24,120 nucleotides of DNA from a virus (taxonomy: Duplodnaviria > Caudoviricetes): positions 1 through 24,120 of IMG/VR virus record IMGVR_UViG_3300036943_000252, one strand, 5' to 3'. Within the stretch, counting starts at the first letter, position 1. Each line of letters opens with the position of its first letter. A program made the translations under genes and the position numbers. The notes under the pieces were generated by a model that saw only the letters and a list, made by a program, of their open reading frames with translations, was not told the DNA's origin and searched no databases. Positions 1-7,452 of this stretch are shown here, one piece after another.

Positions 1-1
1 G

Positions 2-145
2 GCGGAGAACCACGCAAATGAAGTCTTAGAGCTAACAGCAAAGATAGACCGAAAACTGAAGTGGTACAGATATGGGGTAGCTGGGCTGTTAGTGGTTGTG
101 CTTGCTGAAACCATAATAATATCCGTTGATATGGTGGTGGATTAA
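2..145 (+). CDS. 3' end of a gene running in from the left edge; C-terminal hydrophobic (transmembrane-like) segment
   Basis: Open frame from position 2 reads AENHANEVLELTAKIDRKLKWYRYGVAGLLVVVLAETIIISVDMVVD* (TAA 143-145) and is followed by a terminator. Not in the ORF track because it is 5'-truncated. Confidence 0.6.
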   Translation, partial: AENHANEVLELTAKIDRKLKWYRYGVAGLLVVVLAETIIISVDMVVD

Positions 146-187
146 ACGCGCATAGCGGTATTCCGTTTGCGCCCCTTCTCTCTCTTT

Positions 188-217
188 GGGTCGATCCTTC
201 GGGGTCGGCCCTTTTTT
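188..217 (+). terminator. Rho-independent terminator
   Basis: GGGTCGATCC-TTCG-GGGTCGGCCC: 10-bp stem (2 G-U pairs) with a C(UUCG)G tetraloop, followed by TTTTTT. Confidence 0.9.
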
Positions 218-222
218 AGTCT

Positions 223-393
223 TGTGTGTCTACCGTGGACACGGCAAAAAAGTGTGTGTCTACCGTGGACACGGCAAAAAAGTGTGTGTCTACCGTGGAC
301 ACGGCAAAAAAGTGTGTGTCTACCGTGGACACGGCAAAAAAGTGTGTGTCTACCGTGGACACGGCAAAAAAGTGTGTGTCTACCGTGGACACG
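223..393. repeat. Perfect tandem repeat, 30-bp unit x5 plus a 21-bp partial copy (iteron- or centromere-like array)
   Basis: Unit TGTGTGTCTACCGTGGACACGGCAAAAAAG at 223, 253, 283, 313, 343 and partial at 373. Each unit has a 17-bp near-palindrome GTGTCTAC-C-GTGGACAC and an A6 tract. No spacers. Confidence 0.95.
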
Positions 394-432
394 CTAGAGA
401 CATGTGAATCTAATAAAACGCAATAATATTAC

Positions 433-461
433 TTGACAATTATTTACAATACCGTTAAGCT
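433..461 (+). promoter_or_regulatory. sigma70/sigmaA-type promoter of the replication-initiation operon
   Basis: TTGACA (433-438), 17 nt, TAAGCT (456-461) in an AT-rich stretch; G-rich SD before ATG 498. Confidence 0.75.
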
Positions 462-497
462 ATTAGAATACTTACATCAGAGTACAAGGGGGGTACT

Positions 498-902
498 ATG
501 ACGAAGGAGCTAAATGATGCAATTATAGCTATTATAAAAAGTTATGATGATGAAGATTATGGAAAAAACAAGAAAACCGGACAGAAATTAAAAGCCCTTA
601 AAGACGCCTACAACGAAAATTGGAATGGCAAGACTTTAACTCAGGAGCGTGTAATTTTTGTAGAAAAATGTTTACAGCAGGGAATGTCAAAAAGAGAAGC
701 CGCAAGGCAATTGGTAAAGCGCGATCCGAGAATAGGAAAAGGTAGCGCAGAAACAATTGTGTACCAGAACTTCTCAGGGATGTATCAAACTACACGTCGA
801 GGGAGGAGATACAAATACAGCAACAACCCACCAAAACCTATTGAAGAGAGCCAAAATATATTAGAGACACCTGACATTAGTAACGATGAGGAATTGTTAT
901 GA
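498..902 (+). CDS. Small putative DNA-binding (HTH-like) protein, first gene after the repeat array
   Basis: 134 aa with strong SD; QQGMSKREAARQLVKRDPRIGKGSAETIVY resembles a helix-turn-helix; basic RRGRR patch; ATGA overlap with next gene. Confidence 0.55.
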   Translation: MTKELNDAIIAIIKSYDDEDYGKNKKTGQKLKALKDAYNENWNGKTLTQERVIFVEKCLQQGMSKREAARQLVKRDPRIGKGSAETIVYQNFSGMYQTTRRGRRYKYSNNPPKPIEESQNILETPDISNDEELL

Positions 903-1660
903 CACCGATGTTCAGCACATATGAAAACCTATTAAAACTTCATACCGATCTTATAGAACATCAGGGAAAATCAGTGCCTATTATAGAATTGTATATATAC
1001 TATTGCATTCACAATGGAGAAATAATTACACAAAAACAGATTCAAAATGATATGAAATGGAGTTATGATAGGGTTATTTCTTGTACCCAGCTATTAAAAG
1101 ATGCAGGTGCAATAGAAGTAACTAAACATAAGCACAATAAGAAGTTATACAATGTTTGTGATTTATTGTATTCCATTCCTCGGTTTTTGGTTTCTTCTTC
1201 TTCTAGTACTAGTAATATATATACTAGTAAGACTAGAAGACTAGAAGATGAGAGTAAAGGAATGAAAAAAGTAGAAGAGATTGAAAACGATGAAGATTGG
1301 AAGGCTATTGAAGCTATCTTGTTGAAGTACTTTCATAAACATCAAATTAAACCCGTATTCTTAAAGAACGGCCATTTATGGGATCGGCTGTATAATCTAT
1401 ACTCTGAGGAGGGGTTTGATTTCGATGGGTACTGTAAATGGTATAGGGTGAACAAATATCCTATGAAGAAGTTTCATTATGGATTGTTACTGTATGATGG
1501 TATGGTCAGCGAATATAAAGACGCGCTATTGGATGAGGAGGAGGACAGTCGGTATATACACACCGACACTATGAACAACAGTGATAGTTTTAAGAAATCT
1601 TTGAAGAAGAAAAAGAAGATGTATGAAGATATGGGGCTCAATGAGGAGGGTGATGATTGA
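899..1660 (+). CDS. Putative phage replication initiator (N-terminal winged-helix-like domain)
   Basis: 253 aa; ITQKQIQNDMKWSYDRVISCTQLLKDAGAIEV is wHTH-like; low-complexity linker encoded by an inverted-repeat DNA cluster; directly upstream of DnaC-like loader and DnaB, the usual initiator position. Confidence 0.6.
   Translation: MTPMFSTYENLLKLHTDLIEHQGKSVPIIELYIYYCIHNGEIITQKQIQNDMKWSYDRVISCTQLLKDAGAIEVTKHKHNKKLYNVCDLLYSIPRFLVSSSSSTSNIYTSKTRRLEDESKGMKKVEEIENDEDWKAIEAILLKYFHKHQIKPVFLKNGHLWDRLYNLYSEEGFDFDGYCKWYRVNKYPMKKFHYGLLLYDGMVSEYKDALLDEEEDSRYIHTDTMNNSDSFKKSLKKKKKMYEDMGLNEEGDD
1193..1248. repeat. CTAG-rich inverted-repeat cluster inside the initiator gene (candidate origin)
   Basis: TCTTCTAGTACTAGTAATATATATACTAGTAAGACTAGAAGACTAGAAGA: five CTAG, TACTAGTA palindromes flanking an (AT)n core, and TCTTCTAGT/ACTAGAAGA inverted repeat. 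Confidence 0.65.
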
Positions 1661-2478
1661 TGATACACGATGATTTGTTTGAGTATCTATTGGAGCTTCG
1701 AAGGGAGATTGTTGATAACCATGAACCATGTAATGGGGATGGATGGCTCCCTCCTGAGAACCCCGGAGAGTTGAATCCGTGTGATTGTATGGTTGCTTAT
1801 ACATATATTGCTGAACTTGTGAAGGCATACATTCCAAAAGATTATTGGTGGTTGAATATTGATGATTTGGAAGTCGATAAAGCGGATATTGCATTTTGTA
1901 AGAACTACATGAATAAACTGGATAAGGCAAAAGAGCACGCTTTGGGAGTATTATTTCATGGCCCGAATGGAATCGGTAAGACCAGTATGCAATGTATGAT
2001 TGGTAAAGAGGCGATTGTATATGGGTATACGGTTCGATATTTTACCGCACAGCAATACATTGAAGCTAAAAAGCAAAAAAGTGAATTATTGGAATACTAT
2101 GAGTCTGCTGATTTTATCCTATTCGACGAGCTTGATAAAGTGTACATCAGCCGAGGAAGTAATTTTGTGCTGAAGACTTTAGAAGACTTTATCAGACGAA
2201 TGACTTCTTTGGGGAAAGTGTTGATAATTTGTACAAATAGCGATGAGGAGTATCTGAATAAGACTTTCGGGGCATCTACTATGTCGGTACTTCGAAGACA
2301 TCTTGGGTTTCTTCCCGTGGAAGGTACAGATTACAGCGGTAATATGCAAGATCGTTGGCACGCTTTGTTACAATCAGACCGGGATTACTTATCTGATTCT
2401 ATACTTTCGATTGCCCGACGGCGTATGGAGAGAGAGCTTCAGGAGGATAAGCGTGAGTGGGAAAAAACTTATAGATGA
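1657..2478 (+). CDS. dnaC: DnaC/IstB-like helicase loader AAA+ ATPase
   Basis: N-terminal Zn-binding-like motif (HEPC...PCDC), Walker A GPNGIGKT, Walker B FILFDE, ICTN sensor motif. Confidence 0.85.
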   Translation: MMIHDDLFEYLLELRREIVDNHEPCNGDGWLPPENPGELNPCDCMVAYTYIAELVKAYIPKDYWWLNIDDLEVDKADIAFCKNYMNKLDKAKEHALGVLFHGPNGIGKTSMQCMIGKEAIVYGYTVRYFTAQQYIEAKKQKSELLEYYESADFILFDELDKVYISRGSNFVLKTLEDFIRRMTSLGKVLIICTNSDEEYLNKTFGASTMSVLRRHLGFLPVEGTDYSGNMQDRWHALLQSDRDYLSDSILSIARRRMERELQEDKREWEKTYR

Positions 2479-3904
2479 AGATATCCGCGATAAAGCGCAG
2501 GATTTCAGGGACACGGAGATTGAATATCAGGTAATGGCGTATATTTTGAGGGTGAACCCGTTGGCTATAAGTGCCGTTGATTCTTCGTGGTTCAGTGATA
2601 TCATTCTTCAGGATATATTTGAAATAGCTAACGATCTTAGGATGTTATTCTCTCGTGCCATGTTGATGACAGAGTTGAAAGACCGTTCGAAAATGCCAAA
2701 GAAGGAGGAGGGGTTATATTCTGAAGTCGTTAATCAGTTGTTTGATGATATTGATATCAACATTTTGAATGATAAAAATGTGCGTCATATGATGACTCAG
2801 TTATTGCGGTTATATGAGACCCGTAAAGTCTTAGTGGGATGTGGAGAGGTGATATCAACCATTCGAAAGTTTGATCTTGATTCTGCGAAGAGGAAATTGT
2901 ATGCACTGGGAAAGCCAGTTACTCTTTTTGACACTCGCAGAGCCGGGGACTATCTTCAAGATTATGGAGAACGGGTCGATACGATCACTTCTCGGGCGGA
3001 GGTAGCGGGGGATTCAGAGGATTCCCTTGTTGGCATAAAAACCGGAATATTCCGTTTTGATAAGTTTACTGGGGGGGTTATGCCTACCGAGTTCGGAGTG
3101 GTTGTTGGTATGACTGGAGTTGGTAAAACCGCCGCACTTATCGAGTTTGGGGTGACTGCTTGGGAGGATGGTCACGATGTGATGGTTTGTTCGGGAGAGA
3201 TGGATAAACAGTCCTTGGAGTTTCGCATTGATTCTCGGATTACTCGGATTCATGGGATGAAGTTTCGAAATGCTGATTTGGATGATGACGAATATAAAAA
3301 ATGGGACTCAACGATAAAGATGTACCGTGCTAAATATGAGAATCGATTATATGTTGTTAGTTATCCAAGAAGATTTACCGTAAATGATATAGAATCTGAT
3401 ATCTTGAGGATTGAAGAAGAGACCGGAAGAAAGATACAATTACTATGCCTTGATTACATAAATATTATGGAACCTGTGAGAAGCCCGAAGGGAGATTGGA
3501 GGGATCAATCAGAAGCGGTGTGGGATTTCAAATCATTATTAGCAGAGCATAATATCGCGGGGTGGACTGCTGGGCAGGTAAAGGACGATGCTTATGATAA
3601 GGAGCTTTATGATCCACAGGATGCGAAGTACGCCCGCGCAATATCTGAGGCCGCTCCGATTATGGTGGGGCTGATACGTACACCGAAGGATATACTTGAA
3701 AAGCGGATGAAGTTTCAGATCATTAAGATGCGTAATACTCCCATACCTACCCGACCAATTTTACTTACTCCGAATCTGAATATCATGAGACTCAATGAGC
3801 ATAGCGGAACCCATAAGAGCTTGAAAGGTCGTCAGAGTGATTTTCTGGATGTGAAAAAGAAGACAAGAACTGCAAGGCCGAGGAAATCCTTGCACGGGAA
3901 GTAG
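2453..3904 (+). CDS. dnaB: Replicative DNA helicase, DnaB family
   Basis: Walker A GMTGVGKT, SGEM, LCLDYINIM, AGQ and KMRN motifs. Start moved from 2303 to GTG 2453, which follows AGGAGG at 2441-2446. Confidence 0.88.
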   Translation: MSGKKLIDEDIRDKAQDFRDTEIEYQVMAYILRVNPLAISAVDSSWFSDIILQDIFEIANDLRMLFSRAMLMTELKDRSKMPKKEEGLYSEVVNQLFDDIDINILNDKNVRHMMTQLLRLYETRKVLVGCGEVISTIRKFDLDSAKRKLYALGKPVTLFDTRRAGDYLQDYGERVDTITSRAEVAGDSEDSLVGIKTGIFRFDKFTGGVMPTEFGVVVGMTGVGKTAALIEFGVTAWEDGHDVMVCSGEMDKQSLEFRIDSRITRIHGMKFRNADLDDDEYKKWDSTIKMYRAKYENRLYVVSYPRRFTVNDIESDILRIEEETGRKIQLLCLDYINIMEPVRSPKGDWRDQSEAVWDFKSLLAEHNIAGWTAGQVKDDAYDKELYDPQDAKYARAISEAAPIMVGLIRTPKDILEKRMKFQIIKMRNTPIPTRPILLTPNLNIMRLNEHSGTHKSLKGRQSDFLDVKKKTRTARPRKSLHGK

Positions 3905-3906
3905 GA

Positions 3907-4863
3907 ATGGATGTATATAAGGAACTAAGCGATAGGGGAATTGATTTCCAAGAGTCGGGGGGAAATCGGTATATGCTTAATTGCCCTTTCCATGATGACA
4001 ATAACCCATCGTGCGGGGTGTGGAAAGATAGTGGGTATTTTTTATGCTTCGGATGCGGTGCCAGGGGGAGTTTTACCGAACTTATCGCGGAGCTTGATGG
4101 TGTTAGTTTCGATGAGGCACACAGGTCGCTTAGAAGTGAGGACAATGTATCGACAATTGAATCGAAGATTAGACGATTCCTTGATGAAGATGTTGATGCT
4201 TTAAAGTTTTTTAATTTGAAGTCTTTTTTGAAGGTGTACCCGAAGCTGAAAGAGGGCGATCCCGGTTGGCAGTATTTGTTGGGCCGTGGAATAACCCCGG
4301 AATCCATTCACAGGTTTCGTATGCGTGAGGGGACAAAAAGATATCATGGTAGAGTTGTACTTCCTATATTCACGCCGGAGGGAAAATTATTGTCATATGT
4401 TGGGAGGGCCATAAATCCCGATGTACGTCCTAAGACGATTAAAAGTCGATCGCCCCATAGGACTTTTTATGGCATTTTTGAAATATTGAGAGATAGTCGG
4501 GTAGAGCCGAAAAGCCTTTCAATGGTAATCGTTGAGGGTGAGTTTGATGCGGTGTATTTACAGCAGTTTGGTATTCCGGCAGTGTCGAATATGGGGACTA
4601 CTCCGATGACCCCGTATAAAATTAGAATATTGAGAAGATATGCGAAACGTGCCGTCTTGAGTTTTGATGGGGATGACGCCGGGTATCATGCTATGTATGG
4701 CGATGGGGAGAAAAGACGGTGTGGTATAGTTCATGAGTTAAGAAAGCATTTACCAGTTACAGTGGTTGATTTACCCGATGGGAAAGACCCAAACGAATTA
4801 AGTGCTGAGGATGTTATAGATTTGTACGGTAAATATTCAATACAGGGGGGGCTTTATGTCTAA
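3907..4863 (+). CDS. dnaG: DNA primase (CHC2 zinc finger + Toprim)
   Basis: CPFHDDNNPS...CFGCG zinc finger; VEGEFDA and FDGDDAG Toprim motifs; GKDPNE. Confidence 0.92.
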   Translation: MDVYKELSDRGIDFQESGGNRYMLNCPFHDDNNPSCGVWKDSGYFLCFGCGARGSFTELIAELDGVSFDEAHRSLRSEDNVSTIESKIRRFLDEDVDALKFFNLKSFLKVYPKLKEGDPGWQYLLGRGITPESIHRFRMREGTKRYHGRVVLPIFTPEGKLLSYVGRAINPDVRPKTIKSRSPHRTFYGIFEILRDSRVEPKSLSMVIVEGEFDAVYLQQFGIPAVSNMGTTPMTPYKIRILRRYAKRAVLSFDGDDAGYHAMYGDGEKRRCGIVHELRKHLPVTVVDLPDGKDPNELSAEDVIDLYGKYSIQGGLYV

Positions 4864-5770
4864 AAAGATTGTTAAAGAAGAGTTTAAGGAGGAGGTGAAG
4901 AAAGCAGAGAAGGAAGAAGCGGAGGAAAGGTCTTTAGCTGTTGTGGAGAGAACTTTGGCTACGATGGAGAAGAACTTGGATATTCAAGAGAATGAGGGGG
5001 GTTCGGTTTATACCATACCTATACCCGCACGCCTCCTTAATTCTGTCGAGATAACTATAGATAATTTTGATTATGACGAAGTAGTGAAAGATTTGCGGTC
5101 GTCAATTCGATCGAGCGAAGATTTGGCGCATATGTCTTCTCTTGTGACGATAGCAACTGCAAAGAAGATATGGTGTGTTGATAATATTATTAACCAACTG
5201 CCGGAATATACGATTAAGCAGTTATGTATTGATGCTGAGGTTCCTAGAAGTACGTATTATAAGTATAGGGATAAGGTGCAGGAGCTTATAGACTCCGGCA
5301 AGGATTTGGATGCTATTCCTGATACCATGCCTGTAAACGAGGCATTACGGATTGAGTCTACTTCGATAAAAAATAAGTTTGAGGCTTATAAGCGGGTTGC
5401 GGCTGAATATCAGATGGCTTATGAGGAGTCTGAGATAGAGCGAGAGCGTCAGGCAAGAGATGCACTTAATAAACAAAAAAAGGCGTTAGCGACACAGAAG
5501 GCAAAATATGAAAAGCTTTTGGAACAGGCAAAGTCTATCAATCCTACTAAGGAGGAGCGTGAGGAGTTGGAGGCGCAAATTGTTGCTATACGAGAGCAAA
5601 AAGAGAATCTCGAAACTGAGATAAACAGTATTAATACTAAGTTGGAGCGTTATTCTAATACGAAGAGTTTTATTGCGCTTGTAGATGATATGGCACGTAT
5701 TTCTAGAGATATTATTGCTATACACGAGGCTATGCCGTTTCATATAAAACGAAAAAAGGAGGCAGAGTAG
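4856..5770 (+). CDS. HTH plus long coiled-coil protein (TubY-like architecture; possible tubulin partner)
   Basis: TIKQLCIDAEVPRSTYYKY HTH-like motif then about 100 aa of E/K/Q-rich heptad sequence; stop overlaps the tubulin start (TAGTG). Confidence 0.6.
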   Translation: MSKKIVKEEFKEEVKKAEKEEAEERSLAVVERTLATMEKNLDIQENEGGSVYTIPIPARLLNSVEITIDNFDYDEVVKDLRSSIRSSEDLAHMSSLVTIATAKKIWCVDNIINQLPEYTIKQLCIDAEVPRSTYYKYRDKVQELIDSGKDLDAIPDTMPVNEALRIESTSIKNKFEAYKRVAAEYQMAYEESEIERERQARDALNKQKKALATQKAKYEKLLEQAKSINPTKEEREELEAQIVAIREQKENLETEINSINTKLERYSNTKSFIALVDDMARISRDIIAIHEAMPFHIKRKKEAE

Positions 5771-6876
5771 TGTTTGATTTTTGTATTGGATTAGGGCAGG
5801 GAGGAGGAAGGATTGCGAATGCGTTTTACAACGGGTTTTCTATTCCCACGGTGTACATGAATCTTGCCGGGATCGATTTTACTCATATGAAGATTTCGTC
5901 TCGCGATTTGTTGGTATTTGAAGAGGGCGGTACTGGGCGTAATCCGAAGTTTGGAGAGTCTGTAGTTCGTAGTCGTCTTGATGATGTTATTCGGTTTTTA
6001 CAGCGTGATGAGGTTCGTAATGCTCAACGGGTTCTTGTTACCGTCGGTGGTGGGGGTGGTGCCGGAACCGGATTTCTTATTCCTATTTTAGATCATTTAA
6101 CCGATTTGAAGAAGGATGTTTTCTTGATCTATACATTACCAGAGAAGCGTGAAGGTATCCCGACAAAGCCGAATGCGCTTGAAATGTTGGATAGGGTCAT
6201 CGCCAGATATTTGCAAAGTGAATCGAGGAGGAAGATAAGCCTTCTTTTGATTGATAATGATTTTTGCGTGTCACGATATGGGAATGGTGATGGGTTTGAT
6301 TATTGGCATTCTGTGAATGTGGGTATTGTTGCCGGGCTGAAAAGATTTTGGCTTCTTACTCAGTTGGATCGATTCTCTGCGTTTATTGATATAGCTTCTG
6401 GGTATAAGGCCCTTGATGCGAATGATGTTCGGCGGGTTCTATTTGCTAAAAATGGGTATACCGATATTAGACAAGTAGTATTTGATAGCCCGAAAGAGGA
6501 TGAGGGGATGATGCGTAAAATAAAAACATCAAGCCTTATTTTCGGTTCGTTGGACATTCGAACAGCGAAGCAGTATGTGGTTTCAATAGGCGTTCCCATG
6601 GGTTGGAAAAACTACCCTCGGACGGGGAAGTTTATTGAGGAGGTATTTCAAACAGTGTCCAAGGCAACCCGACATACCCCAGATGCTATCCGTACCAGTT
6701 ACTTTAATTCGAAGCTTGTTTCGATGCAGGTTCATATTCTTCTCTCGGGTATGGCAAAAAGCCCTGGGATTGATAGGATGATTCGAGGGGCGGAAAAAGA
6801 TCGTGTTCGGTTGGACAGTAGGGGGGACGTACAGCGTCTTGATTTGGAGAATATTGTAAATCGTGTAAAAAAGTGA
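5770..6876 (+). CDS. Phage-encoded FtsZ/tubulin-family GTPase (TubZ/PhuZ/CetZ-like)
   Basis: T1 loop IGLGQGGGRIA, T3 GGTGRNPKFGE, signature loop GGGGGAGTG, T5 LPEKRE, T6 LIDND, T7 LDANDVRRVL, C-terminal LLSGM strand and basic tail. Confidence 0.92.
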   Translation: MFDFCIGLGQGGGRIANAFYNGFSIPTVYMNLAGIDFTHMKISSRDLLVFEEGGTGRNPKFGESVVRSRLDDVIRFLQRDEVRNAQRVLVTVGGGGGAGTGFLIPILDHLTDLKKDVFLIYTLPEKREGIPTKPNALEMLDRVIARYLQSESRRKISLLLIDNDFCVSRYGNGDGFDYWHSVNVGIVAGLKRFWLLTQLDRFSAFIDIASGYKALDANDVRRVLFAKNGYTDIRQVVFDSPKEDEGMMRKIKTSSLIFGSLDIRTAKQYVVSIGVPMGWKNYPRTGKFIEEVFQTVSKATRHTPDAIRTSYFNSKLVSMQVHILLSGMAKSPGIDRMIRGAEKDRVRLDSRGDVQRLDLENIVNRVKK

Positions 6877-6885
6877 AAAAAGTTG

Positions 6886-6914
6886 TGTACAAACATAGAA
6901 AATTGTGATAGATT
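6886..6914 (+). promoter_or_regulatory. Probable promoter for the recombination/replication operon
   Basis: TGTACA (6886-6891), 17 nt, extended -10 TG-A-TAGATT (6906-6914) in the only sizeable gap between 498 and 15648; SD AGGGGG follows. Confidence 0.5.
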
Positions 6915-6933
6915 GTATATAGGGGGATAAAGA

Positions 6934-7443
6934 ATGAATAGATCGTTAAAAGGAGCCACCAAAGAGGATTTGGATAATTCCAAGATTGAGTTCAATTACA
7001 ATGGAAAAGACTATTCGGTCAAAATTGAAAATAACTTCTCGATGAAGGATATGTCTCCGGCGGAAATAAAAGATTATCTGAATCAGATTCCGGCCCGATT
7101 TGCCTACTGGAAAGGTATTCAGGTTGGTTTGGAACGGGAGATTGAGGAGATGGAAGAGGACTTTGAAGTATGGTTCCAAAAACTCTATATGGATATTGAT
7201 GCGGAGTATCCTAAGAAGACCGAGGGGTGGAAGAAATCAAAAGTTCTTCTTGAAAATGCTGATGAGTATAGGAATCAGAAAAAGAAGCTTCGCGATGTGA
7301 AGGATGTAAACAAGAAAATTAGTGTTATTGTTTCCAGCTACAATACTATGACATGGACTCTTCGGGAAATCGCTCGGTTGACATACGCCGAGATGAGTAA
7401 TATTGAAATACGCGGGCGGGGAACGCTCGCGGGAATGCAATAG
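6934..7443 (+). CDS. UvsY-like recombination mediator (helical)
   Basis: 169 aa helical protein whose pattern (PARFAYW...TEGWKKSKV...DEY...TLREIARL) recalls T4 UvsY; lies directly before SSB and RecA. Confidence 0.5.
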   Translation: MNRSLKGATKEDLDNSKIEFNYNGKDYSVKIENNFSMKDMSPAEIKDYLNQIPARFAYWKGIQVGLEREIEEMEEDFEVWFQKLYMDIDAEYPKKTEGWKKSKVLLENADEYRNQKKKLRDVKDVNKKISVIVSSYNTMTWTLREIARLTYAEMSNIEIRGRGTLAGMQ

Positions 7444-7452
7444 GAGGAGCTA

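Noticed and set aside
223-393. CRISPR array
   Set aside because: Units are contiguous and identical with no variable spacers; no cas genes in the window.
167-426. Three ORFs over the repeat (167-397, 186-407, 226-426)
   Set aside because: A stop-free 30-bp unit opens all frames; there is no SD, and two of them cross the terminator.
2303-2452. N-terminal extension of DnaB in the ORF track
   Set aside because: Overlaps the loader gene; a better start with AGGAGG exists at GTG 2453.
5770-6876. Host cell-division ftsZ
   Set aside because: No dcw cluster context, lacks the FtsZ NTD/GAG motifs and conserved C-terminal peptide, and is embedded in phage genes.
6866-6891. AAAAAAGT(T)GTGTAC resembling part of the 30-bp repeat
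   Set aside because: Short, low-complexity match that lacks the palindromic core; probably chance or a promoter UP element.
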